DNA from: Pseudomonadota bacterium
GTDB lineage: Bacteria; Bdellovibrionota; FAC87; UBA2466
Reading direction: 5' to 3'
Assembly: GCA_043767805.1 (NCBI GenBank)
Contig: JAYUGC010000200.1
Coordinates: 1 to 19,898, forward strand
Length of the DNA: 19,898 nucleotides
Under the pieces are notes generated by a model. That model made no database searches. It had not been told where the DNA came from and saw only the letters and a program-made list of their open reading frames with translations. The position numbers and the translations under genes are program-made. Positions within the stretch are counted from its first letter, which is position 1. Each line of letters begins with the position of its first letter. Of this stretch, positions 1 to 9,066 are shown piece by piece.

Positions 1-1
1 C

Positions 2-823
2 AAGCAGTTCGACGGTACGTTCAAAAACGTCCTCGAGATTTTGACCGGCCAGCGCAGCAAGATTTACGACAAGCCCGAAGCTTGGGCGAAATTCTGGGAG
101 CGCGAGAAGGAGAATTTCTCGAAAGATTTGCTGGCCATCGTGGAAGGCAACCTGTGCTTCGCGAGCGGGCATTATGACGACGCCTTGAGCTTTTACGAAA
201 CGGCTCTCGAGCTCAACCCGGGCTCGCGCCCGGCTCGTTTTAACGCGCTCTTTTGCTTTGCCCGGAACAAAGACGAAGCCGGGTTCGATCGCCATCTCGA
301 GTCGATCCTGCAAGACGCAAAACTCTTGCCCTCGGCCCTCTATGTGATTGGCGATGCGTATCTCTTGGTGGGCCGCCGGGATCTGTCGGATCAGTATTAC
401 GATGAGCTTAAACAGTGGGACGGCTGGCGATTGAAAGCCGATCACTACCGCTCGACGTTCTGTTTCGAGCACCGTCTCCTGGAAGACGCCCTTGAAGCCG
501 CTCGCTTTGCTGCCGAGATCAATCCGGACGATAGCTCCATCGCGTACCACCTCTCTCGCTGTTACAGCGCGTTAGGCGAAAAGGAAGCCGCCCTCAAAGT
601 GCTGACTTCCACTCCGGTCCCGGAAGTCGACTGGATGGCCTACTACAAGTTCACGCTGGAACGGGACGCGGGTCGCACCGAGGAGGCGAGCAAGACGCTC
701 CTTGGCCTCTCGGCCGAGTATTTCGAAGACCCCGACGAGCTGGAAGCCGCCGTGGACTTCGCCCGCTCCAATCAGGACATGCGCCTACTGCGCCACCTTA
801 AAGCCGGTCGCGAGTCATCTTAA
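2..823 (+). CDS. Tetratricopeptide repeat protein, 5'-truncated by the window edge
   Basis: Frame is open from position 2 with no stop before the ORF-track TTG at 41. TPR-like segments: EGNLCFASGHYDDALSFYETALELNP and AYHLSRCYSALGEKEAAL. Confidence 0.8.
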   Translation, partial: KQFDGTFKNVLEILTGQRSKIYDKPEAWAKFWEREKENFSKDLLAIVEGNLCFASGHYDDALSFYETALELNPGSRPARFNALFCFARNKDEAGFDRHLESILQDAKLLPSALYVIGDAYLLVGRRDLSDQYYDELKQWDGWRLKADHYRSTFCFEHRLLEDALEAARFAAEINPDDSSIAYHLSRCYSALGEKEAALKVLTSTPVPEVDWMAYYKFTLERDAGRTEEASKTLLGLSAEYFEDPDELEAAVDFARSNQDMRLLRHLKAGRESS

Positions 824-844
824 AAGGTACCGGGCTACCTTTTT
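822..844 (+). terminator. Probable intrinsic terminator hairpin
   Basis: Inverted repeat AAAAGGTA(822-829)-CCGGGC-TACCTTTT(836-843) directly at the TPR gene stop codon; the stem is AT-rich. Confidence 0.5.
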
Positions 845-960
845 AGGAGCGGGCGGCGCGTTTAAGGTTCCTTGTCGGCGCCCAAAGCTCTTGCCAGAGC
901 CCTTGGAGACCCGCTAAAAGCCTAGGATTACATTTGATCCCAGGTTTTTTGGAGGTTCTT

Positions 961-2577
961 GTGGCGACTACTAAGTATGATTGCATCGTCGTCGGCGGCG
1001 GGCATAACGGCCTGACGGCGGCGGGTTATCTACAGCGGGCCGGTTTAAACACTCTCGTTATCGAACGGCGCCACATGGTCGGCGGCGCTTGCGTCACCGA
1101 GGAAGCGTTCCCAGGCTATAAAGTCTCCACCACGAGCTACGTGTGCAGCCTTCTGCGGCCGGAAATCATCCGGGACCTCGAGCTAAAAAAATTCGGCTAC
1201 GAGATCATCCAGAGAAACCCGTCCTCCTTCACCCCGTTTCCGGACGGCCGCTCGCTCATGTTCTGGAAGGATCAGAAGAAGACGATCGAGGAGATTGCGA
1301 AATTTTCCAAGAAAGACGCCGCTGCGTTTCCCCTATTCGAAAAGAAGATAGAGGACCTCGCCGCGTTCGTGCAGCCACTCCTCACGATGGTTCCGCCGGA
1401 TCCATCCAGCCACACGTTCAAGAACGTGATGGGCTCCTTGAAGATGCTCTTTAAGGTGAAGGGCCTCGGCGGAGACATCTACGAACAGCTCCGCGTGTTC
1501 TCGATGAGCGTCGCTGATTATCTCGACATGTGGTTTGAGTCGCCGCAATTGAAGAGCCGCTTGGCCACCGACGGCGTCATCGGCGCCTGGGCGGGCCCGT
1601 GCTCTCCCGGAACGGCTTACGTTTTATTCCACCACGTTATGGGCGAGACCGACGGCCAGCAAGGCGTCTGGGGTTACGTTCGCGGCGGCATGGGTACCAT
1701 CACCCAAGCCATGGCGAAGTCCTTCGAGTCGAAAGGCGGCACGATTCTCACCGGCGCCTCGGTCGAAAAGATCGTCATCAAAGACGGCATCGCGACGGGC
1801 GTTTTATTGACCGATGGCCGAGAGTACCACGCGAAACGCGTCATCTCGAACGCCGATCCGCACCGCACCTTCATTCAGATGGTGGGCGCTCAGAATCTTC
1901 CCGACGATTTCGTGGCGGGCATCAACAACATCCGTTACCGCTCGGGCGTGACCAAGATCAACTTGGCGCTCGGCGAATTGCCGGACTTCACCGCGATGCC
2001 GGGCAAAACGGTCGGCCCGCAGCACAAGGGCACCATCCATATCGCGCCTTCCATGGAGTACATGGAAAGAGCGTTCGACGATGCGAAGCACGGCATGCCG
2101 TCCGAGAACCCGGTCATCGAAATGACGATTCCCTCGACGGTGGACGATACGCTCGCGCCGAAAGGCAAGTACGTCGCTTCTCTCTTCACCCAGTACACGC
2201 CGTTTGAGCGCAAGGACGGCAAGCCCTGGAATAAAGAAACCAAGGATGCGTACGCGAAGCGCTGCTTTGAGATTATCAACGAGTACGCGCCTAACTTCAA
2301 AGCGTCGGTCGAGCATTTCCAGGTGCTCACGCCGGTGGATTTGCAGAACGAGTATGGGCTTACGGGCGGCAATCTCTTTCACGGAGAGATGACCCTCGAT
2401 CAGCTGTTTTTCATGCGTCCCATCGCGAAGCACGCGGATTTCCGCACTCCGATTAAGAACCTTTTCATGTGCGGCTCGGGTTGCCACCCGGGCGGCGGCA
2501 TCATGGGCTCGCCCGGACTTATCTCGGCGCGCATCGTGAAGCAGGACATGAAGTTCGGCGGAGCTTGGCTTAACTAA
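961..2577 (+). CDS. Phytoene desaturase family NAD(P)/FAD-dependent oxidoreductase (COG1233, PYROXD2-like)
   Basis: N-terminal YDCIVVGGGHNGLTAAGYL...ERR..VGGA FAD motif, GVWGYVRGGMG, and C-terminal RTPIKNLFMCGSGCHPGGGIMG. GGAGG at 951-955 favours the GTG start at 961. Confidence 0.9.
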   Translation: MATTKYDCIVVGGGHNGLTAAGYLQRAGLNTLVIERRHMVGGACVTEEAFPGYKVSTTSYVCSLLRPEIIRDLELKKFGYEIIQRNPSSFTPFPDGRSLMFWKDQKKTIEEIAKFSKKDAAAFPLFEKKIEDLAAFVQPLLTMVPPDPSSHTFKNVMGSLKMLFKVKGLGGDIYEQLRVFSMSVADYLDMWFESPQLKSRLATDGVIGAWAGPCSPGTAYVLFHHVMGETDGQQGVWGYVRGGMGTITQAMAKSFESKGGTILTGASVEKIVIKDGIATGVLLTDGREYHAKRVISNADPHRTFIQMVGAQNLPDDFVAGINNIRYRSGVTKINLALGELPDFTAMPGKTVGPQHKGTIHIAPSMEYMERAFDDAKHGMPSENPVIEMTIPSTVDDTLAPKGKYVASLFTQYTPFERKDGKPWNKETKDAYAKRCFEIINEYAPNFKASVEHFQVLTPVDLQNEYGLTGGNLFHGEMTLDQLFFMRPIAKHADFRTPIKNLFMCGSGCHPGGGIMGSPGLISARIVKQDMKFGGAWLN

Positions 2578-3196
2578 ATTCTGTCGCGCTTTGTGCGACT
2601 GAAATCGCTTTCCGCCGGGCCGTTATCGTTTTCACGGCGAGGTACCAGAGAGTACTTCCGACGAGAATGACGACGGCTTCTCGGCTGACGAGGCCTTCCC
2701 AGAATTCCGGCGACAAAAGGAGCTTCAAAAGCGGGTGCGACGCATGGGCGGTGTGGTAGCCGCCGAAGAGGGGAAAGGGCATGAGCATTTGCCAATCGGA
2801 GAGCGGCCAAAAGATCGGCACTCCGAATTTCCCCTGATAGCCCGGTGACACTTCCGCGCAAGCGTCTAGAAAAACGTGCGAGAAGACGAGGGCGGCGCTG
2901 AACATCGAAGCGACGGGACGGCTCATCGTGGGACTTACCCAGTAACGAAACGCCTTCGCGCCGAAATAGATGTAGAGACAGAGCGCGAAAATATTGTGGC
3001 CGACCTCGCGGTGAAACGCGTGGTAGTACTCCGGAAACAAACACGCCGGAATCAGATCGATGTCGGGGATGTTTCCGAGCACGAGGCAGAGAAACAAAAA
3101 CCGTTTCCAGTTTTTGCTATCGAGATTTAGGAAGCCGCGCGCGGTGGAAAACGCGCAGGCGGTCGGAAGCAGACCGTGGGTCAATGGACTCGGCAT
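2570..3196 (-). CDS. YdjM-like membrane-bound metal-dependent hydrolase
   Basis: Family motifs MPSPLTH, NIPDIDL, HREVGHN, SHVFLD and GVPIFWPLS, with hydrophobic segments between them. Confidence 0.85.
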   Translation of the reverse strand: MPSPLTHGLLPTACAFSTARGFLNLDSKNWKRFLFLCLVLGNIPDIDLIPACLFPEYYHAFHREVGHNIFALCLYIYFGAKAFRYWVSPTMSRPVASMFSAALVFSHVFLDACAEVSPGYQGKFGVPIFWPLSDWQMLMPFPLFGGYHTAHASHPLLKLLLSPEFWEGLVSREAVVILVGSTLWYLAVKTITARRKAISVAQSATEFS

Positions 3197-3219
3197 GGAA
3201 GACGCCCCTGGAAGTAAGC

Positions 3220-5619
3220 CTATTTGCGGGGGCGGATACGGCTGGCCGTTGGTTTCGCTTTGGGATTCTCAAGCCGCCCCCTCAAGGTATCGGCTTCGGA
3301 GGCGAGGTCCTGAAGATCCTTCAAGCTGCGGCTGACGGTTTGGAGTGCACCTTGACGCAGTTGGCCGAGGCGGGAGGCTAGGGCGCGGCGAGTCGGCTCC
3401 GCGCGGTCTAAGATATTGCGGCGGATATTGTCGTCGATGGCGCCGAGCGCGTGGCGAAATTCCTGACGCAAGCCAGCGGCGAGGAGTTTTCCTAAATTGC
3501 TCTGAATCTTCAAGCCCAACTGGTCGGCCGGTCCCTCGGCTTCTCCGCTCATGTGAACGCTTTGGATGGGGTTTAAAATGCGCTTGAGGGTGGTTTCCTC
3601 GGGAAGAAAGCGCGAAATGACCCCGTACTGAGCATTATCGATCTGGGCCGCCCAGTCGGCCCTTACCTGCTGCTCCACGAAATTCGCGGTGAGGGTGAGA
3701 AAGAGCGATGAGTGATCGATGGAGAGGGAAAGGCTGCTCGTGTCGTGGAGCATCAAGCGGTTCAAGGGCAAAGCTTGCGCCTGGAAGGCGAGGCTTTCTT
3801 TGTAGTCGATGCCGGCGTGATCGACGACGACCGAGAGCTTCACGTGCTCGATGTGCTGAGCGGGCAGATGCACGTCGATGGTCGCGCCCGCGGGATATTG
3901 ATAAAAGCTCGGCTCCGAGGTCAGCCCGTAAATCTTGCCGGTGACACCCTCGTTTTTGGCGCGTGCTTCGGGCGTCGGCACGAACTCCACTTCCTGAATA
4001 AGGAGCTCCGGCGAGCCGCTGCGGTTCGCGAAGATAACATCGGTGCCGCGGCCGGAGTTTTTCATGACTAAAGTCATCTTCTCTTTAGCGTCGCCTTTAG
4101 GCATGCGGCGGCGAGAGAGATCGGTCCAGTACGCCATTCTCTCCAGAGCGCCGAGCACTTGACCGCCGAACAGCTGAGGGGACATGTCTTCCATGGAGAA
4201 GTCGGGAAGGCGGAGCGCTTCCTTCACGCGGGCGATATCCGTGTCGAGGGTGGGCGTGAGGCTCGCGATGCCGCGCTGGACGTTGCCGATGGACTCGCTC
4301 ATGGAGGCGGCGATTTCCGTCACGGTGCTGATGGAAGAGGCGATCTCGCCGCGAACCCGGCTCAAATCTTTGAGCGCTGCTTCGTGGTTGTTGACGTCGA
4401 TGGCCTGGAGCCGCTCGCGCATCTTCTTCATCCAGTCGGAGGCGGGAAGGGCGAGCTTGCCGCCTTCCCAGCGCGCGGAGAGGGCTTCGATTTCGTGGTC
4501 CTGTTTTTCGAGCGACTGCAGAGTCTCCAGCTGGGTGCGGATTTGATCGATCCGCGGATTGAGGCTCAGGCCGGAGCTGAGGCTGCCTAGATATTTCAGC
4601 GGGTTCGTTTTGAGCACGCTACGGACGTCGGCGTAGTAGCCGGTCGCCGAGCGATCGAACAAGCCGCCGATGCTTTGGTTCAGGTCCGTTTCGCCGAGAA
4701 GTGCCGATTGGGCCCGCTCGGTATCGAGCTGCATGCCTTCGATGGTGCATTTCTCGACGATAAACTTGCGCCGCACCAAGGGACCGGAGCTGAAGGCGAG
4801 GCGCGCTCGCTCAATCTCAAAAAGGTTTCTGGACGGCGAGTAGGGGTTTCCGATCTGAACGTCTCTTAAGATCAATTCGCCGCTGAAGGGATGGATCTCG
4901 ACGGAGCCGACTTCGACGCGCGCGCCGTTCATGCGGGACGCGATGCCCTCGATTTGCTGGCGGAGGAAGGCCTCCTTGCCGAACCAGAGCACTAAAAGCG
5001 TCACTAGGCCCGAGCCCGCGAAATACGGCCAGCCCTGCAAGCGCAAGAAACGGCGACGGAACTTGCCGCGGTGACTCGTTGCCTCGGTGGGCGCCGTCTT
5101 GGGCAAGCTCTCTCGGTATTCGCGGTAGTAGCGGGCGGCGGCGCCGGTTTGCCAGCGGATCCAGACTGGCGTGTACATGACGCGGGTGACGAGGGTCGGC
5201 CAGTAGTGGCCCAAGACGTAAGACAGAGCGAAAAAGAGCGCGGGGGCTACGATCAAAGCGAGGACGTGCACGCCGAAAATGACGGAGTTATTGAAGCGGG
5301 TGAACGGAATGAGAGGCGAGTGATAGAGATAACTCCACGTCCCGCGCAGGGTCGCGCTTTTTAGCAGAAAGAGGCCCGTCTCGTTGAAGATCGGATCGAG
5401 AAACGGATTTATCATCGCGCCGAGGAGCCACCCCACGACGACGGACGGTAGCTGCACGCGAATGATCGACGCCAGTAAAAGGAGAAAAACGGTTTGTGAG
5501 GAGAGGAGCGGAAACATCCCGAGCGTCAACCCGAGCACTAGTCCACCCGCCACACGATTGGGCGTGGTCTCTTCGCACACGAGATCGAAGAAACGAAAGA
5601 ATTGACGCATTAGAGCCAT
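3220..5619 (-). CDS. Fused TIGR03546 (DUF2062-like) and TIGR03545 (AsmA-like) membrane protein
   Basis: N-terminal TPNRVAGGLVLGLTLGMFP...PLIPFTRFNNSVIFG matches my recollection of TIGR03546. The TM then GARVEVGSV...QIGNPYSPSRNLFE...PLVRRKFIVE, coiled coil and RGTDVIF match TIGR03545. Start set at ATG 5619 because the longer ORF-track start overlaps the divergent gene. Confidence 0.75.
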   Translation of the reverse strand: MALMRQFFRFFDLVCEETTPNRVAGGLVLGLTLGMFPLLSSQTVFLLLLASIIRVQLPSVVVGWLLGAMINPFLDPIFNETGLFLLKSATLRGTWSYLYHSPLIPFTRFNNSVIFGVHVLALIVAPALFFALSYVLGHYWPTLVTRVMYTPVWIRWQTGAAARYYREYRESLPKTAPTEATSHRGKFRRRFLRLQGWPYFAGSGLVTLLVLWFGKEAFLRQQIEGIASRMNGARVEVGSVEIHPFSGELILRDVQIGNPYSPSRNLFEIERARLAFSSGPLVRRKFIVEKCTIEGMQLDTERAQSALLGETDLNQSIGGLFDRSATGYYADVRSVLKTNPLKYLGSLSSGLSLNPRIDQIRTQLETLQSLEKQDHEIEALSARWEGGKLALPASDWMKKMRERLQAIDVNNHEAALKDLSRVRGEIASSISTVTEIAASMSESIGNVQRGIASLTPTLDTDIARVKEALRLPDFSMEDMSPQLFGGQVLGALERMAYWTDLSRRRMPKGDAKEKMTLVMKNSGRGTDVIFANRSGSPELLIQEVEFVPTPEARAKNEGVTGKIYGLTSEPSFYQYPAGATIDVHLPAQHIEHVKLSVVVDHAGIDYKESLAFQAQALPLNRLMLHDTSSLSLSIDHSSLFLTLTANFVEQQVRADWAAQIDNAQYGVISRFLPEETTLKRILNPIQSVHMSGEAEGPADQLGLKIQSNLGKLLAAGLRQEFRHALGAIDDNIRRNILDRAEPTRRALASRLGQLRQGALQTVSRSLKDLQDLASEADTLRGRLENPKAKPTASRIRPRK

Positions 5620-5652
5620 GGGGAAGTCGGGAAAAGAGAATGCCTTTATGAG

Positions 5653-5658
5653 ATTATA
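5653..5658 (-). promoter_or_regulatory. Putative sigma70 -10 box for the TIGR03546/03545 - ydjM unit
   Basis: Perfect TATAAT on the minus strand about 35 nt upstream of ATG 5619 in GC-rich DNA; the -35 match is poor. Confidence 0.35.
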
Positions 5659-5671
5659 GGACGAATTTCCG

Positions 5672-7525
5672 ATGCTTCCCAGGAATCTCCATTTGAACTT
5701 CAAGCTTTTACTCGTTTTGACGCTCGTGGCCGTTCCGAGCCTGGGGCAAGAGCAACATTACGACTCCGGCTTGTTGTCTCGTTTTTCTTTGTCCTCCAGC
5801 CCGGCGAGCCGTGTGGACGAGGCCACGGCTCTCAGTCGTTTTGTCGACGATAACTTCGCGTCCCGGCGCCCTGCCTTCGAGTGGCGCGAAGTGCGCGTGG
5901 ACCGGGACGCGACTCACGCTCACGCGCTGTATCAGCTCCAGTATGAAGGGCGGAAAGTCGCTCAGGCGTTCTTGAAGGTGCACTACCGGCATGAAGGGTG
6001 GGTGGATTACGCTTCGAGCTCGTGGCGATTCCCGTTCAACGTGAACCTTCCTTCGCCCTCCTTGGGCCGCCGCGGTGAGTTGGAAAGCGATATCCGCCGC
6101 GAGCTACAGAAGGAGAAAGACCTCGGAGATCTAACGCTCAAGCTCGAGCCGGTCATCTGGACTTCGCAGTCGGGACGCGCCGTCGCCGCGATGGACGTCG
6201 TGGCGACCGCGGCTTCGCGCGGCTTCGTTCGCCATTTCTATGTCGACGAGGAAAACGGCTCCAAGCTCGCCGACGTTCCCGCGGCTCGTTCGCTCGACGT
6301 CTCCACTCAGAAAATTTATAAGAAAAGCCCTCTTTCCGGCGCGCCAACGCTAGCGACTCTGACGGGCCTCGATTCCTTAACGACTTTGGCCAGCTCTCAC
6401 ATCCACGTGTACCGTCACGAGAAGGAAGCCACGCCTCGCGTGGTGGAAGTGAATCCCGGTGGCACCGCCTATTCCGACGACGGCGCTTACACCACGGCTC
6501 CCAGCACCTTTGACGAGGGTTGCGGAGGGAGCACCACCTCGGGCGATACGTCGGAATGCCCCAACCAGGCTTTCGATGCGGTGAACGTCTTTTATCACGT
6601 TCAGACTTTTCGCGAGCGCGTGGACACCCTGTTCACGACGATGGGCAACTCCACCAGCGTCTTTCAGCACGATCCGCTTCCCGCGCTGGTCAACGCGTTC
6701 GTCGACACCGACGGCCGTTTCGGCAACGATCGCAATAACGCGCTCTATATTCCCTCCGGCTGCCCTAGCGGTACCGGAGGTGGGGCGTGCATCGTTTTCG
6801 TGCCTCCCATGGCGGGAGCGCTTCCCGCTTGCGGCTCGGGCACGAAGACCTTTTACGATCCCGCCCGCGAGGCGGTAGTGCTTATTCATGAATATCAGCA
6901 TTACGTGACCGACATGATCTCCGGCATGATCGGCGCGAGCGATCTCAACTTCCCGGCCGTTGCCGACATTCTCCACGAAGGGTACTCGGACTATTTCGGC
7001 GCTTCGCAGGTGACGAAGGTGGTGGGCTCCGACGTCACTCTCGTCGGGGATTACTTTCTTCAGGACTGCGTGCCGCTCAAGCGGGAAATCGGCGTCTTGA
7101 AGCCCTTTGAGAACACCAGCGAGGATTTGGATCCCCATTACGCGGGCATCAGCTGGGCGAGCGCGCTGTGGACGCTACGGGCTTCTCTCGGCGCCGACAA
7201 AGTCGATTTGCTCGCTTTGAAGAGTTTGTTCTTCATGCCCGTGCAGCCCACGTCGTTTGACGCCGTGGAAGCCGTCGTCAAGGCGGACGAAGCTTTGAAC
7301 GCCGGAGTGAACGTCAGAAGCATCCGCCATCTTTTCTACAGCGAGACGTTATTTCTCGCCGGCGCCGTGCCTCCCTTCGATCCGCTCACTAAATTCGTGG
7401 AAGTCGGTTTCTCTGGCTGTAACAGCGTCCCCCGGCCGGCGAGCGCGGGGATGACTTGGTTGGGCGCGCTCTTGTGGCTTTTCAGCACGGTCCTCATGGG
7501 CCGCCGCAAGAGGAGCCAGTCATGA
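5672..7525 (+). CDS. Secreted gluzincin zinc metallopeptidase (M4/M36-like) with propeptide and C-terminal sorting/anchor tail
   Basis: Signal peptide, FTP/PepSY-like prodomain, AFDAVNVFYH, NNALY, HEYQH (6887-6901), third-ligand LHEGYSDYF, DPHYAG...WASALW. The tail is GFSGC, a TM segment and RRKR. Exact start is uncertain. Confidence 0.85.
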   Translation: MLPRNLHLNFKLLLVLTLVAVPSLGQEQHYDSGLLSRFSLSSSPASRVDEATALSRFVDDNFASRRPAFEWREVRVDRDATHAHALYQLQYEGRKVAQAFLKVHYRHEGWVDYASSSWRFPFNVNLPSPSLGRRGELESDIRRELQKEKDLGDLTLKLEPVIWTSQSGRAVAAMDVVATAASRGFVRHFYVDEENGSKLADVPAARSLDVSTQKIYKKSPLSGAPTLATLTGLDSLTTLASSHIHVYRHEKEATPRVVEVNPGGTAYSDDGAYTTAPSTFDEGCGGSTTSGDTSECPNQAFDAVNVFYHVQTFRERVDTLFTTMGNSTSVFQHDPLPALVNAFVDTDGRFGNDRNNALYIPSGCPSGTGGGACIVFVPPMAGALPACGSGTKTFYDPAREAVVLIHEYQHYVTDMISGMIGASDLNFPAVADILHEGYSDYFGASQVTKVVGSDVTLVGDYFLQDCVPLKREIGVLKPFENTSEDLDPHYAGISWASALWTLRASLGADKVDLLALKSLFFMPVQPTSFDAVEAVVKADEALNAGVNVRSIRHLFYSETLFLAGAVPPFDPLTKFVEVGFSGCNSVPRPASAGMTWLGALLWLFSTVLMGRRKRSQS

Positions 7526-8355
7526 GGGTGGTCGTGCTTTTAGCGATCCTCAGCGGAGCTGCGGCTCGCGCCGACAATCAGTTTCAGAGAAAGTGCACGG
7601 TCTTCGCGGATCCGAGCCCCATCGCCATCCGCTTGTGCCGAAAAGAAGCGGGCTCCCCGATTCTCGAGGCGAAGCCCGCGCGCAGCGGGTTCGTTAAAGT
7701 CGATACCGGAGATTGTCTGGGCTACGTGCGTGAGAGCTGTCTCGTCGAGAACGTACGCCGTCAGCCCTCATCCGAGATTCGCTCCTCGGGAAGTAACCGG
7801 GTGCGGCTCGGGATCGCGCTACAGGGAGACGGGATTTTCGGGAGAATCACGGGGGTTGCGCAAGGCTCCCAGGGTCTGGGCTTCGCGGTGTCCGCGCTCA
7901 TCGTCATTCCGGTCTCGCCCTCGTTTCGTTTCACCTTGAGGCCCACGTACCAGTATCTATCGCTCGGGCGGACGGTCAAGCTCCCTTCGGTGCTCGTGGA
8001 ACCGACCGACCTGAAGTTCACGCATAAAATTCCCTACGTAGGCGCGGGCTTTCTCGCTTCCGTCAAGATTGCGGGGGCCGGGCAGGGCGGAGCCGACAGC
8101 GACTGGTGGCTGGATGCCGGCGCTGATTTCCTTGCACCTCTTTCGGGTCGCCAGACCGACTCCTCCGGTGGGACGGTGGCCTTTAAGCCCACGGGCAAGC
8201 TCATCTTAGGGCTATTTGGGCTCTCGACCCGGCTGCCTCTCTCGGAGAGCTGGGACCTGGGCGGAAACTTTCACGGCTACTACAACCTCACCTCTACCGG
8301 CGGCAGCTCCTTCTACGGCGCGCGCCTAGCCTTGTCTTTGACCGCCCTCCTCTGA
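7522..8355 (+). CDS. Exported protein with small Cys-containing SH3-like N-domain and probable outer-membrane beta-barrel
   Basis: AGGAG RBS at 7511-7515 and ATGA overlap with the peptidase stop. Signal peptide ends ARA-D. GFVKVDTGDCLGYV resembles SH3b, and about 8 amphipathic beta-strands follow. Confidence 0.6.
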   Translation: MRVVVLLAILSGAAARADNQFQRKCTVFADPSPIAIRLCRKEAGSPILEAKPARSGFVKVDTGDCLGYVRESCLVENVRRQPSSEIRSSGSNRVRLGIALQGDGIFGRITGVAQGSQGLGFAVSALIVIPVSPSFRFTLRPTYQYLSLGRTVKLPSVLVEPTDLKFTHKIPYVGAGFLASVKIAGAGQGGADSDWWLDAGADFLAPLSGRQTDSSGGTVAFKPTGKLILGLFGLSTRLPLSESWDLGGNFHGYYNLTSTGGSSFYGARLALSLTALL

Positions 8356-8363
8356 AGAGTGAC

Positions 8364-8393
8364 TTGACCCCGCCCCTCGGTCCGTCCTAATTT
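8364..8393 (+). promoter_or_regulatory. Putative sigma70 promoter of queF
   Basis: TTGACC(8364-8369)-N18-TAATTT(8388-8393), upstream of a GGAG RBS and ATG 8425. Confidence 0.4.
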
Positions 8394-8424
8394 CCGCGAG
8401 GACTTTTTGAGACGGAGTGAGCCC

Positions 8425-8793
8425 ATGAACGAGTTCGATTATTCCCCCGATGCCCCGGTCGATTTGCTGTCCGAGCCGAACCCCGAAACGGGCCGCCGCT
8501 ACGACATCGAGTTCACTTGCCCGGAGTGGACGGCGCTTTGCCCGAAGAGCGGGTTTCCCGACTTTGGGACCATCCACATCAAGTACCAGCCCCGGGAAAA
8601 GATCGTGGAGCTGAAATCCTTGAAGCTCTACATCAACTCCTATCGCAACAAGCACCTCTTTCACGAAGCGGCCGTTAACCAGATCCTGACCGATCTCGTG
8701 AAGGCCACCGACCCCTGGAAGATGGAAGTTTTGGGCGATTTCAACGTCCGCGGCAACATCAAGACCATCATCCGCGCCGTTCACGAGCGGTAA
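8425..8793 (+). CDS. queF: NADPH-dependent 7-cyano-7-deazaguanine reductase (preQ1 synthase), type I
   Basis: [16 protein letters not shown] (catalytic Cys and Asp), QueF motif [12 protein letters not shown] and FNVRGNI. Confidence 0.95.
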   Translation: MNEFDYSPDAPVDLLSEPNPETGRRYDIEFTCPEWTALCPKSGFPDFGTIHIKYQPREKIVELKSLKLYINSYRNKHLFHEAAVNQILTDLVKATDPWKMEVLGDFNVRGNIKTIIRAVHER

Positions 8794-8799
8794 TTGCCG

Positions 8800-9015
8800 G
8801 GAGGTCCGCACGCTTTGCGCGCGCGCTCGATCGGCCGGTCACTGGTTGCTGGATGCTAGTACGAGGAAATCTATTAGATCTTTCGCTCTCGGGCTGCTCA
8901 GTAACGGCTGCTCGGTGCAAATGAGGCGTGCGGCAGGCAAAGATCAAGATAGACCTACCTTGGTCTAGCCACCAGTGACTTTCTGGATCGAACGCGCGCG
9001 AAGCGGGCGGCCTCC
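8800..9015 (+). repeat. Long imperfect inverted repeat (~216 nt rod-like hairpin); candidate structured RNA or non-autonomous element
   Basis: Nested complementary blocks: GGAGG/CCTCC, CGCTTTGCGCGCG/CGCGCGCGAAGCG, TCGATC/GATCGA, GTCACTGGT/ACCAGTGAC, GCTGGA/TCTAGC, CGAGG/CCTTG, TCTAT/ATAGA, GATCTTT/AAAGATC. Confidence 0.8.
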
Positions 9016-9066
9016 GTTCAGCGGCTATTTGCGTTTTGAGGCCTTGCGGGGGATAACAGGGCTCTC

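Noticed and set aside
961..2577. Carotenoid biosynthesis (crtI) cluster
   Set aside because: No crtB/crtE nearby, and the motifs fit the broad COG1233 subfamily of unknown substrate.
8356..8424. preQ1 riboswitch upstream of queF
   Set aside because: No AGAGGTTCTAG-type stem with an A-rich tail; the region is short and explained by promoter plus RBS.
8794..9022. Integron attC site or SRP RNA interpretation of the long hairpin
   Set aside because: No RYYYAAC/GTTRRRY core pair, no integrase, housekeeping flanks, and no SRP domain-IV motif.
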